64,000 nucleotides of DNA from Felis catus (taxonomy: Eukaryota): contig NC_058369.1 in assembly GCF_018350175.1 (NCBI RefSeq), positions 26,724,001 to 26,788,000 on the forward strand, read 5' to 3'. The position numbers and the translations under genes were made by a program. Shown piece after piece: positions 27,388 through 39,650 of the stretch (position 1 is the first letter of the stretch; each line of letters begins with the position of its first letter). Under the pieces are notes generated by a model. It was given only the letters and a program-made list of their open reading frames with translations. It was not told the origin of the DNA and made no database searches.

Positions 27388-29372
27388 CACTTTTTCCCCA
27401 CTTTTTCTTTATCCACTCATCAGTCAATGGACACTTGGGCTGTTTCCATAATTTGGGTATTGTAGATGATGCTACTTTAAACACTGGGGTGCATATATTC
27501 CTTTGAATTACTTTGAAGTATTTTTGTATTCTTTGGGTAAATACCTACTAGTGCAATTTCTGGATTGTATGGTAGTTCTATTTTTTAACTTTTTGAAGAC
27601 CTTCATACTGTTTTCCAGAGTGGCTGCACCAGTTTGTATTCCCACCAACAGTGCAAGAGCATTCTCCTTTCTCCACATCCTTGCTAATATCTGTTGTTTC
27701 TTGTGTTGTTGATTTTAGCCATTCTGACGGGTGTGAGGTGATATCTTATTGTAGTTTTGATTTGCCATTTCCCTGATGATAAGTGATGCCGAACATCGTT
27801 TCATGTGTCTGTTGGCCATCTGTCTGTTTTCTTTGGAAAAATGTCTATTCATGTCTTCTGCCCATTTTTTGTAACTTGGATTGTTTGGTTTGGGGTGTTG
27901 AGTTGTATAGTTTCTTTATATTTTGGATATTAACCCTTCATCAAATATCATTTCCAAATATCTTCTCCCATTCTGTAGGTTGCCCTCTAGTTTTGTAGAT
28001 TGTGCAGACCTTTTAATTTTGATGTAGTCCCAATAGTTTATTATTGCTTTTGTTTCCCTTGCCTCAGGAGATATACCTAGAAAGAAGTTGCTATGGCTGA
28101 TGTCAAAGAATTTATTGCCTCTATTCTCTTCTAGGATTTGTATGGTTTCAGGTCTCACATTTAGGTCTTTAATCCATTTTGAATTTATTTTTGTGTTTAG
28201 TGTAAGAAAGTCCAATTTCATTCTTTTGTATGTTGCTGTGCAGTTTTCCTAACACCATTTGTTGAAAAGACAGTCTTTTTCCTATTGGATATTCTTTCCT
28301 GCTTTGTTAAAGATTAATTAACCATATAACTGCCAGTTCATTTCTGGGTCTTCTATTCTGTTCCATTGATCTATGTGTCTTGTTTTGTGCCAGTACCATA
28401 CTGTCTTGATTACTACAGCTTTGTAATATAACTTGAAGTACAGATTTGGGATGCCTCCAGCTTTGCTTTTCAAGATTGCTTTGACTATTGGGATATTTTG
28501 TGGTTCTATACAAATTTTAATATTCTTTGTTCTAGTTCTGTGAAAAATGCTGTTGGTATTTTGATATGGATTGTATTAAGTGTGTAGATTGCTTTGGGTA
28601 GTATAGACATTTTAACAATATTTGTTCTTCCAATCCATGAACATAGAACATCTTTCCATTTCTTTGTGTCACCTTCATTTCTTTCATCAGTGTTTTATAG
28701 TTTTCTGAGTACATACAGGTCTTTCATCTCTTTGGTAGGTTTACTCCTAGGTATCTTATTGTTTTTGGTACAATGAGATTGATTCCTTAATTTCTCTTTC
28801 TGATGCTTCATTATTGGTAAATAGAAATGCAATGGATTTTATATGTTGGTATTGTATCCTGCAACTTTATTGAATTCACTTATCAGTTCTAGCAGTTTTT
28901 TGGTGAGGTCCTTTGAGTTTTCTAAATATATAGTATCATGTCATCTGCAAATAGTGAAATTTCTACTTCTTCCTTGGTGATCTGGATATCTTTTATTTCT
29001 TTTTGTTGTCTGACTGCTGTGGCTAGGACTTCCAGTACTATGTTGAATAAAGTGATGAGAGTGGACATTCCTGTTTTGTTCCTGTCTGGAGAGGAAGAGC
29101 TCTCAACTCTTCCCCATTTAGGATGATATTAGCTGTGGGTTTTCCATATATGACCTTTATTATAGTGAGGTATGTTCCCTCTAAACCTACTTTGTTGAGG
29201 ATTTTTATCATGAATGGATGTTGTACTTTGTCAAATGTTTTGTTTACATCTTTTGAAATGATTATATGGTTCTTACCCTCTATTTATGTGATATATCACA
29301 TTAATTGATTTGCAAATATTGAAACACCCTTTCAACCCAGGAATAAGTCCCACTTGATTGTGATAAATGATT

Positions 29373-29443
29373 AAAAAAATTTTTTTTAATGTTTATTTAT
29401 TTTTGGGAGACAGAGAGAGAGAGAGAGAGAGTGAGGGAGGGGC

Positions 29444-29474
<31 letters not shown>

Positions 29475-29599
29475 ATCTGAAGCAGGCTCCAGGCTCTAAG
29501 CTGTCAGCACAGAGCCCGACACAGGACTCAAACTCATGGGCTGTGTGATCATGAACTGAGACGAAGTCTGACACAACTGACTGAGCCACCCAGGCGCCC
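29373..29599 (-). mobile_element. CAN-SINE inside the long L1
   Basis: Standard body; aatgatt on both flanks. Confidence 0.9.
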
Positions 29600-29776
29600 G
29601 GAATGATTTTTTTAAATGTATTGTTGGATTCGGGTTGCTAGTATTTTATAGAGGACTTTTTGTATCTATGTCTATCAGAGATAATGGCCTGTAGTTCTCT
29701 TTTTTTGTGTGCTGTCTTTATCTAGTTTTGGTGTCAGATTAATGCTGACCTCATAGAATGAATTTGAAAGCTGTCT

Positions 29777-30002
29777 GGGGGGCCCTGGGTGGCTCAGTCA
29801 GTTAAACATCCGACTTCAGCTCAGGTCATGATCTCACAGTTTGTGAGTTCAAGCCCCACATCAGGCTCTGTGCTGACAGCTCAGAGCTGTCAGGGCCTGG
29901 AGCCTGCTTCAGATTCTGTGTCTCACTCTCTCTCTTTGTCCCTCTCCTGCTTGCACTCGATCTCTCTCAAAAATAAATAAACATTAAAAAATAAAAAAAA
30001 GA
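29777..30002 (+). mobile_element. CAN-SINE inside the long L1
   Basis: TSD gaaagctgtct on both sides. Confidence 0.92.
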
Positions 30003-31309
30003 GAAAGCTGTCTGTCCTTCCTTTTCTACTTTTTAAAATGTTTGGTAGAATTCACCTGTGAAGCCATATGGTCCTGGACTTTTGTTTTTTGGGGAGTTTT
30101 TTGATTACTGATTCAATTTCTTTGCTGGTTATTGGTCTCTTCAAGTTTTCTATTTCTTCCTGTTCTAGTTTTGGTAGTTTATATGTTTCTGGGAATTAAT
30201 CCATGTCTTCCAGGTTGTCCAATTTGTTGGCATATATTCTTTCATAATATTCTTTTATGATTGTATTTCTGTGGTTTTGGTTGTTATTTCTCTCCTGTCA
30301 TTTGTGATTTATTTGGATCCTTTCTCTTTTCTTTTTATAAGTCTGGCTAGAGGTTATCAATTTTATTGACTTTTTCCAAAGAACCAGCTCCTGGTTTCAT
30401 TAATCTGTTTTATTGGTTTTTTTTGTTTGTTTCTGTATCATTTGTCTCTTCTCTAATCTTTATTATTTCCTTCCTTCTGCTGGCTTTATGCTTTGTTTGT
30501 TGTTCTTTCTCTAGCTCCTTTAGGTGTAAGTTTAGGTCATTTTAGATTTTTCTTGCTTCTTCAGATAGGCCTATATTGCTGTATACTTTCCTCTTAGGAC
30601 CACTTTTGCTGCATCCCAGAGGTTTTGGACTGTTGTGTTTTCATTTTCATTTGTTTCCATGTACTCTTTTATTTCTTCTTTTACTTCCTGTTTTACCCAC
30701 TCATTGTTTACTAAAATGTTATTTAACCTCCATGCATTTGTGGTCTTTCCAGATTTTTTCTTGTGGCTGACTTCTAGTTTCACAGTGTTGTGGTTAGGAT
30801 AAAAATGTGCATGGTATGATTTCAATCTTCTTTTATTTGTTGAGGCCTGTTTTGTGGCGTGATACATGATCAGTTTTGGAGAATGTTTTGTGTGCGCTTG
30901 AAAAGAATGTGTATTCTGCTGTTTTAGGATGCTATTTCTGATTATATCTGTTAAGTCCATCTGGTACAGTGTGCAATTCAAAGCCATGGTTCCCTTGTTG
31001 ATTTTCTATTTAGGTGATCTGCCTATTGAAGTAAATGGGGTGTTAAAGTCCCCTATTATTGTATTGTTATAATGAGTTCCTTTATGTTTGTTGTTAATTG
31101 TTTTATATATTTGGGTGCTCTCATGTTGGTACATAAATATTTGTAATTGTTAGATCTTCTTGTTGGGTTGTCCCTTTTACTATGATATAGTGCCCTTCTT
31201 TTTCTCATTATAGTCTTTGTTTTAAAGTCCAGTTGTCCAATATAAGTATTATTCCTCCAACTTTCTTTTGACATCCATTTGTGTGATAAATGTTTCTCTA
31301 TCTCCCTCA

Positions 31310-31811
31310 TTTTTTTAAAATTTAAATTCAAGTTAGTTAACGTACAGTGTAGTCTTGGCATGAGGAGTAGAACCAGTGATTCATCTCATACATATGACAT
31401 TCAGTGCTCATCCCAACAAGTGCTCTCCTTAATGCCCATCACCAATTTAACCCACCCCCCACCCACCTACCCTCCAGCAGCCCTCAGTTTGTTCTCTGTA
31501 TTTAAGAGCCTTATGATTTCCCTGTCTCTGTTTTTATCTTATTTTTCCTTCCCTTTTGCTATGTTCATCTGCTGAGTTTCTCAAATGCCACATGAGTGAA
31601 ATCATATATATTTCTCTGACTGACATATCTTACTTAGCATAATACCCTCTAGTTCCATCCACATTGTTGCAAATGGCAAGATTTCATTCTTTTTTATCAC
31701 CAAGTAGTATTCCATTGTATGTATATACCACATCTTCTTTATCATTCATCAGTTGATGGGCATTTGGGCTCTTTCAATAATTTGACTATTGCTGATGGCA
31801 GCACTATCAAA
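31310..31811 (-). mobile_element. 5'-truncated L1 3' end nested in the endonuclease region of the long L1
   Basis: L1 3'UTR sequence interrupts ORF2 homology. TSD atctccctca at 31300-31309 and 31812-31821. Confidence 0.85.
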
Positions 31812-34060
31812 ATCTCCCTCACTTTCAATGTGCAGGTGTCTTTAGGTCTAAAATGAGTCTCCTGTAGGCACTGTATTGGTGGATATGGTTTGTATCCATT
31901 CTGGCACCCTATGTCTTTTGACTGGAGTGTTAGTCCATTTATAGAGTATTATTGATAGATATGTGTTTAGTACCATTTTATTATTATTTTGTTTCTGGAG
32001 ATTTTCTCTGATCCTTTCTTGACTTTCTTTCATGTTTTGATGATTTTCTTTAGTGATATATTTGGGTTTCTTTTTCTTTATTTTTTGCATGTTTATTTAT
32101 TAGTGGCTTTTGATATATGGTTACCATTAGGTTTGTATATAACTGCTTCCGCATATAGCAGTCTATATTAAGTTGATAGTCATTTAGGTATGAATCCATT
32201 CTTTTCTCCTCTCCTCCCCAGACTTTAGGTATATGTTATTATATTTTATTCTCCCCTTTTGAATTCCTTACTTAGTTTTTACAGAAATATTCATTTTCAT
32301 TATTTTTGTGTTTTCTACCATCATACTATCCTTTTTCGTCTCTTCTTTCTAGTCAAAGAGTCCTCTTTAATAGTTCTAGCAGGACTCGCTTGGTAGTCAC
32401 AAACTCCTTTAGTTTATATTTTCCTGGGAAACTCTCTCTCTCCTATTCTGAATGACAACCTTGCTGGATAGAGCATTTTGACCACAAATTTTTCTTATTA
32501 AGCACTTTGAATACATCATGACACTCCCTTCTGACTTGCAAAGTTTCTGTAGAAAAATTTCTGCTTGACTTATGGGTTTTCCCTGGTAAGTTAATGACTT
32601 TTCTCGCATTGCTCATTTTAAGATTTTTTTCTTTATCATTATATTTTGCAGGTTCAATTACAATATGTCATGGTGTGGGTCTGCTTTTGTTGATTTTGAG
32701 GAGAGTTCTCTGTGCCTCCTAGATAAGGTAAGTTTTCAGATATTATTTCTTCAAATAAACTTTCTGCTGCCCTTTCTTGCTCTTCTTCTTCTGGGACTCC
32801 TATAAATATGAATGCTATTACATTTGATGGAGTCACTGTAAGTGACTAAGTCCACCTAAGTCTACTCTTGTTTTGTGTAATTCTTTTTTATCTTTATTAT
32901 TCAGCTCGATAACTTATCATTACTCTGTCTTCTACATCACTAATTTGCTCCTCTGCTTCTTCCATCCTGCTATTCCTTTCATCAAGCGTGTTTCTCTTTT
33001 CTTTTTCTGAATCCTTTATCTCTAAGTTATTCCTTGTCTCTATGTTAAGGGTCACATTCGTGCCTTCCACTCTTTTCTCAAGTCCAGTAACTATCCTTAT
33101 GGTCACTGTTTGAAATTCTCTGTCAAGCATGTTATTTGTCCATTTCACTTAGATCTCTGGCTGTAGCCTTGTCTTGTTCTTTCATTTGGGATAAATTTTT
33201 AGTCTCATTTTGTCTGCCTCTCTATGTCTGTTTCTGTGTGTTACGAAAGTCAGTTTTGTCTTCTGAACTTGAAAGTAGTGACTTTATAAAGAAGAAGTCC
33301 TGGGGTGCCCTGCAGTGTAGTATCCCCTGTTCACCTAAACTTGGCACTTCAGGAGAGCATCCTGTATGTGTTGCTTATACCCTGTTGCTATGTCTGAGCC
33401 ACTTTTCCTTTTAGTGCAATTATCCGCACTGACTCTCTGCCTTTTGTGGGCTGTGCTTACTCTCTGTGGTGAGAGTGGGACCCAGGCATGGCAGCTTTGA
33501 GAGGGTGTGCCTGCCAGGGAATTTGGGAGTGGGGTGGCAGTATCAGCAAAGTCTGCACTGGGGCACTCCAAAATGCTGTAGTGGTGGGGGCCGCATTCTG
33601 GAACTGCCAGGGGTGCGAAGGTGAGCAAAGATGACTGGACAGGGTGGGCCCTGCACACAAAGGGTGGCTGGGGTTCATGGTTGGGTGTGGTGCAGTGTCT
33701 AGGCCAGCGTGGTGACTGCACGTGGTGTGCAGTGGTGGTGGGTGGGGTGCACTGTGTGGCTTTCACAAAATTTGTCCTGAGCTGAGGGCTGAAGCCAGCA
33801 GGCCTGGAGTTGGCTAGTTCTCAACAGAACCTGTGGGCATGGCACACTGCCAGTGGGTCAGGCAGCAAGTATCTGTGCAGCTCTACTTCTCAAAGGTGGC
33901 TCTGTACTTATGCTAGGAGATGGGGGAGGAAAATGGCATCTGCGAGTTCCCTTGCTTTCAGAGAAGTCCCCCAGCATGCTCTGGAATCAGTATGTGCAGA
34001 TCTGTCTCCCATTTGCCCCCATGGTTGTGCAAACTACTGCTTTTTTTGTTGCCTCTCCAT

Positions 34061-34328
34061 GCTTGCCCACCACTGAGTCAGCTTTTAAAGCCCTAGGTAC
34101 CACTGGTCTTATAAACTCATGGAATTCAGCCCCTCTGGGTTTTTTTAACGTTTATTCATTTTTTGATGGGGTGTGAGTAGGGGAGGGGCACCCTCCTGGC
34201 TTGCCCACCACTGAGTCAGCTTTTAAAGCCCTAGGTACCACTGGTCTTATAAACTCATGGAATTCAGCCCCTCTGGGTTTTTTTAACGTTTATTCATTTT
34301 TTGATGGGGTGTGAGTAGGGGAGGGGCA
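34061..34328. repeat. Exact 130-bp direct duplication (34061-34190 and 34199-34328) with an 8-bp spacer
   Basis: gcttgcccaccactgagtcagc...gtgagtaggggaggggca occurs twice; no mismatch seen by eye. Confidence 0.92.
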
Positions 34329-34590
34329 GAGAGAGAGGGAGACACAGAATCTGAAGCATGTTCTAGGCTCTGAGCTGTCAGCACAGAGTCTGATGCAGGG
34401 CTCAAACTCACAAACTGTGAGATTGTGACCTGAGCCAAAGTTGTCCACTTAGCCACTTAACTCCTTAACTGACTGAACCATCCAGGTGCTCCCCCCTTTT
34501 AAAGTGAACTCCACACCCAATGTGGTGTTCGAACTCATAATCCTAAGATCAAGAGTCATATGCTCTACCAACTGAGCCAGCCAGGTACCT
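34277..34590 (-). mobile_element. Feliform CAN-SINE (34277-34494) plus an older short CAN-SINE (34496-34590) in the L1 5'UTR
   Basis: Two SINE bodies with outer flanks gcccctctgggttttt / gccctctggttttt. Confidence 0.85.
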
Positions 34591-35225
34591 CAGGCCCTCT
34601 GGTTTTTAAAGCCAAATGTTATGGGGATTAGTCTTCCCTGTGTGAGCCCCCTGGTGCAAGGGTCCATTTCTCTGCCCTCTTTGCACGCAGCTCCCTCCCT
34701 CCTGCAGGCAGCCTCCCTCTGCCTTTCTGTCCTTTCTAAACTTTTGGTTGCAGCTTCTTCTCTATATTTAGTTGAGGAATTTGTTCCTCCAGTCTTCAGA
34801 TTACCCTCCGGTTTGTTGACTTGGATGTGGACGATACCTAGTTGAAATGTGGGATGGGGTGAGCTCAGGGTCCTCCTACTCCACCATCTTCCCAAGCTCT
34901 CCCTCAAGCAAAATCCTCAAACTCTCATTTTATAATCACTCAACTAACCCCATAAATGTGTGGGAACTGATAACTAGTGAATTCATCTCTTAGAGGTACA
35001 GATGGGAGTAGCTCCTGAGAAAGATGGGAATAACTTTCATAAGTCTCCACTGGCTAGAGGAAATAGAAATTACTGTTTTTTGGCTGGTATCTGTAAAGGT
35101 TCCACTTTTCATAAGCTTCAACAAATAACTCATTATTCATATAAACACTGTGATAGGCTTTTGGGAGTTTCAGAAGAGTATGAACTCTCTACTATCAATA
35201 TGCAGCTTATCTGAATTATAGTTGA

Positions 35226-35435
35226 TTTTTTTTCTTTAAATTAAAAAAAATTTTTTTGAGAGACAAAGTGCAAGCAGGGGAGGGGCAGAGAGAGAGGGAG
35301 ACACAGAATCCTAACCAAGAGCTGGGCTCCAAGCTGTCAGCACAGAGCTTGATGTGGGGCTCAAACCCACGAACCGTGAGATCATGACCTGAGCTGAAGT
35401 TGGATGCTCAACCAACTGAGCAACCCAGGCACCCC
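35226..35435 (-). mobile_element. CAN-SINE
   Basis: Standard body; flanks atagttgat / atagttaat. Confidence 0.88.
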
Positions 35436-35835
35436 AATAGTTAATCTTTATAAAATATTATTTTCCTTATTCTTGGTGATCAACCAGTCTTAAAATCCTT
35501 TTTTTGACATATTTCGTGACCTCTAATCACTTTCTTCCTATGTGTAACTCTAGTCTAGCAAAGAATTCTTGATTTACAATATTCCTAATTATGGGCTTAA
35601 AAATTATGTACCAGAAAGACAGCAATCTGACAGAGAAAAGACAGTTTTGCTTAGTTTGTTGCTTCAATTAGTAAGAGAGTTTATACTATTTAGCTCCAGC
35701 ATGGAATTCTGCATAAAGGAATTGGCTGGCAAACGGCAAAAGAATGATTCAAAGCATGAATTTCTAGGTTTTACAGATTCATGTTTTGGCCCTATGGCTT
35801 TATTATATACTGGTGTAAGGCCAGTAGACTGTGTG

Positions 35836-35836
<1 letters not shown>

Positions 35837-35876
<40 letters not shown>
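35837..35876. repeat. (CA)n microsatellite
   Basis: Visible dinucleotide run. Confidence 0.95.
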
Positions 35877-37259
35877 CAGTCAAATGCATGCAATAACAAG
35901 TTCTTGGTCGTCCAGCACTTTCTGATTTTCCTTGCCATTACCGCAGGAAAGATGTGAAGATAATTGGATTCATTTTGCCAGTGTAGAAAGAGCCTGCCTG
36001 AGTCACTGCGCACAGCTCTAGCTAGTGGTGCCTTTCTAAAAGGAAACAACAAATAAGAAACCACAATTTCATAGCCTAGCAATCCTAAAGTACATCTCTT
36101 CTCACAATTTTAGAACCTCATTCTGTTTTTGTGTTCCTAAAATGATAACAAGGAATGGGGTTTAAAGACGTTTATTCTTGTGCCCTTTAAAACAATATTT
36201 CACATGTTAGCTTTAATATCTCCATAGAAAATCTGCTTACAATGGCCATATTCATCTCAATCACCATCATATTGTTTATTAAATGGTGTAATTAGAAATC
36301 AAAATAGCAATTTTATATCTGAATGGTCAAGAGAAGCAATTAGCTATTACTACTATATAAAAACCAGTTTCCTGAGGAAAAGCAAATCTTGACAAGTCCT
36401 TACGCAGAGACAGGGAAGTTAAGGAGAAGTTGGGGCTATTAGTGCTGCAGCTCCTGGTTGAACCACAGAAAAGCAAGCTCCTTATAATGTATCTTCATGA
36501 TGCCTATTTAGCAGTTGACCCCCACCTCCCATTCCTAATCTTCATTGAGCACACAGTCTCTTCCTGAAATAGCAGCCCATCTTTCTCCTGCTAATTCTCA
36601 AGTCATCTTTCACTGTGCCCTCTGAAATCCTTACTACTGAAAAGTACTTACATCCTCTGTATTTTTCTAAGGGTCCTGCAATACCCTACTTTAACTGAAA
36701 CCTGGCTTTTCTCTAAGACAGTAGCTTTCAACTCTGGAGTTGAAGCTCACTTATGGAGTTCACATGTGCTTCTACAACCTCCGATTTTGAGGCCATGGGG
36801 CTAGGTCGCATTGGGAGAGGGCTTAAACTTCCTATTGGGAACCCTATCTTCTTTGAAGTCTGAGGCATTGCATTCACAGGTTCTTCTACCCTTTTAAATT
36901 CACTGATCTTCAGTTCAGTCCCTGGTCACTCCCACTTCTGCAGACACACTGTTGCCAGCCCACATACACATTCCCGAAAAATGCTGGGACCAGATTCACC
37001 TTACCTTCTATAGTACTGTCCAATACCCTGAGTCCCTTAACCTCCTTTCCCTCAAAAGCTTCTTCACCTCTTCACTCAGTAATCCACTCAGATGGCCACA
37101 TCCGGAGATTTAACTTCATTTCTCTGAAACACTTAACTTTTAAAATTTGGAATTAGAAATTACTTTCTATTATCTAATTATAATATTCTGTTCTTTAACC
37201 TGTCTGGAAATTCCCTCCAGTTAAACCCTCCTGGCAACTCCTTTTAAATACATTCGTCC

Positions 37260-37495
37260 TAGGGATGCAAGAGTGTGGGCTCTGCAGCCTATCTGCCTGG
37301 GTTTGGATTCCACCTCCACCATTTACCAGTTAGATAATCTTCACAGTTACTTAACCTCTCTGTGCCTTGCTTTCCTCATTTGTAAAATGATGGTAATTAT
37401 AATACATCTCTCAGAGTTGTTAGGATTAAATGTTTAAATACGTGTAAGCACTTATAATAGCGCCTAACATATATATATGCTTAACATATGTTAAC
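37260..37495 (+). mobile_element. MIR SINE
   Basis: Core agttacttaacctctctgtgccttgctttcctcatttgtaaaatg. Confidence 0.8.
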
Positions 37496-38896
37496 CATAC
37501 AATCTTTTTGACTTTCATACCACAAAATACACAGATTTAAGGGCACAGTTTGATGATTCTGACCATTCATTCACCTGCATACCATCAAGTTATAAAGTAT
37601 TTCAGTCACTCTAGAAAGATCTTTTGTGCTGCTTCCCTGTCAATCTCAAACTCACCCCTCTCAAGGGCAACCACTAATTTCTTTCACCTTAGATTAGTTT
37701 TGTCTATTACTTTATATACATGGAATCATAGTAAATGGCTTCTTTCACTGGGCTTAATACTTGAGGTTCATCAACGTTGTTGCATGTATTAGTAATCCAT
37801 TCTTGTTTTGCTGAGTAGTACCCCATTCTGTGAATATACCACAATTTAACTGTTCAATCTTCTGTTGTGGGACATATGGGTTATTTCAAGATTTTGGCTT
37901 TTATAAATAAAGCTATTGTAAAATTCCCAAACAAGTAGTTTTGTGTCCACATACTTACATTTCCATGGGTATACACCAAGGAGTGGAATTATTGGATCAA
38001 TGGATAAATGTTTAACTTTATCAGAAACTTCCAAAGATATTTCCAAAGTGGTTATGCTGGAAATTCTCCATCTATGCTGGAAATGTATGACAATTGCTTT
38101 ATACCTCACGAGTATTTCGTATTTCCTGTGTCTTTTATTTTAGCCATTCTAGTGGGTGAAGTAATGTAACTGTGTTTTTCATTCGAATTCCCCTGAAGCT
38201 GGAGCTCCCTGGAGCTCTTCACATGTTTATTTGATTGCATAATCTTTGAGAAGAGCTTGTTCAATTGTTTTTGCCTTAAAAATGTCATTTTTTTTATTAT
38301 ACAGTTGTAGAATATATTCTGGATATGTCTTTTGCGAGATATATGTATTAGGAATATTTTCTCCCAGCTGTGGCTTGCATATTCATTTTCTTAAGAATGT
38401 CTTTTTGATGAGTAGTTTTAAATTTTGTTGAAGCCCATTTTTGTCAATTTATTCTTTATTAGGGTTAATGTTTTCTGGGTTCTACGAAATCTCCTAAAAG
38501 TGTTTATATTTTTAGCATTTAAATTTAGATCTATGATTTATCTTAGTTTTCGTGAATGGTGTGAAGTATGGGCTGTGGTTCATTTTCTTTTCCCCATATG
38601 GATGCTCAGAAGTTCTAGTTCTGAAAAAAGATGCTCCTATCTCTATTAAATTGCTCTCGTGTTTGGTTGAGTATCAACTGACTATATGTGTTGTCTATTT
38701 CTAAACTTTTAGTGGTATCTATGCCAATAACACATTGTCCTGATTACTGTAGCTTTATACCATGTCTTGAAATCATGAGGTACGATTTTTACATTTTGAA
38801 AATTGTTTTGTAAATTAAGACCTTTGAATTCCCATATATATTTTAGAATTTGTTAATAAATTTTGCAAAAACTATTAAAAAAATAAAAAAAAGCCT

Positions 38897-39121
38897 TGGG
38901 CGCCTGGGTGGCTCAATCAGTTAAGTATTCAATTCTTGGTTTCGGCTCAGGTCATGATCTCATGGTTTTGTGAATTCGAGCCTGACGTTGGGCTCTGTGA
39001 TGGCAGCTCAGAGTCTGCTTGGGATTTTCTGTCTCACTCTCTCTTTGCCCCCTCCCCCACTCGTGCTGACTGTCTCTGTCTCTCTAAAAATAAATAAAAA
39101 TAAACTTAAAAAAAAAAAAAG
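38897..39121 (+). mobile_element. CAN-SINE
   Basis: gggcgcctgggtggctca head, (CT)n region, A tail; aagcct flanks. Confidence 0.9.
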
Positions 39122-39414
39122 AAGCCTGCTGGATTCTGATGGGGATTAGATTGGATATACATTCTTTGGATCCATAAACATGTCTCCACTTATTTAGGTC
39201 TTCAGTTTCTGTCAGCAACGTTTTATACTCTTCAGTGTAGAGGTCTAGCATATATTTTATTAAATGTATTCCTGAATATTATGTATTTTTGATGCTATTG
39301 TAAATATTTTCAAAATTAAAAATTAAAAATAGAATTGTTGAATAACCATATTGTACACCTAAAATGAATATAACTGTTTATGTGAAGTATACTGGAATTA
39401 AAATTAAAAACTTA

Positions 39415-39650
39415 GGGGCGCCTGGGTGGCTCAGTCGGTTAAGCGTCCGACTTCAGCTCAGGTCATGATCTCGCGGTCCGTGAGTTCGAGCCCCGCATCA
39501 GGCTCTGGGCTGATGGCTCAGAGCCTGGAGCCTGCTGCCGATTCTGTGCCTCCCTCTCTCTCTGCTCCTCCCCTGTTCATGCTCTGTCTCTCTCTGTCTC
39601 AAAAATAAATAAAAAACCTTAAAAAAATAAAAAAAATTAAAAAAAAATTA
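39415..39650 (+). mobile_element. Young feline SINEC_Fc-type SINE inserted in the tail of a short plus-strand L1 3' tip
   Basis: CpG-retaining ggggcgcctgggtggctcagtcggttaagcgtccgacttc head; TSD aattaaaaactta. Confidence 0.92.

Larger units (their letters stand above)
26970..34916 (-). mobile_element. Near-full-length, inactivated carnivore LINE-1 (5'UTR, ORF1, ORF2, 3'UTR) with nested insertions
   Basis: The 5' end reads GGGAGAGCTTGGGAAGATGGTGGAGTAG on the minus strand. GC-rich 5'UTR at about 33200-34900, ORF1 remnants (ORFs 32409-33148), ORF2 endonuclease remnants (30571-30987, 31848-32090), later ORF2 remnants (27916-28714) and 3'UTR at about 26970-27430. Diverged TSD tcaatctttcattttat (26953-26969) / tcaaactctcattttat (34917-34933). 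Many stops and frameshifts. Confidence 0.92.

Noticed and set aside
27430..33150. Active L1 ORF1/ORF2
   Set aside because: Broken into many short ORFs by stops, frameshifts and nested insertions.
33335..34176. Longer ORFs (up to 143 aa) in a GC-rich stretch
   Set aside because: They lie in the L1 5'UTR; no recognisable protein or splice context.
39415..39500. tRNA-like A/B boxes
   Set aside because: These are the tRNA-derived heads of CAN-SINEs, not tRNA genes.
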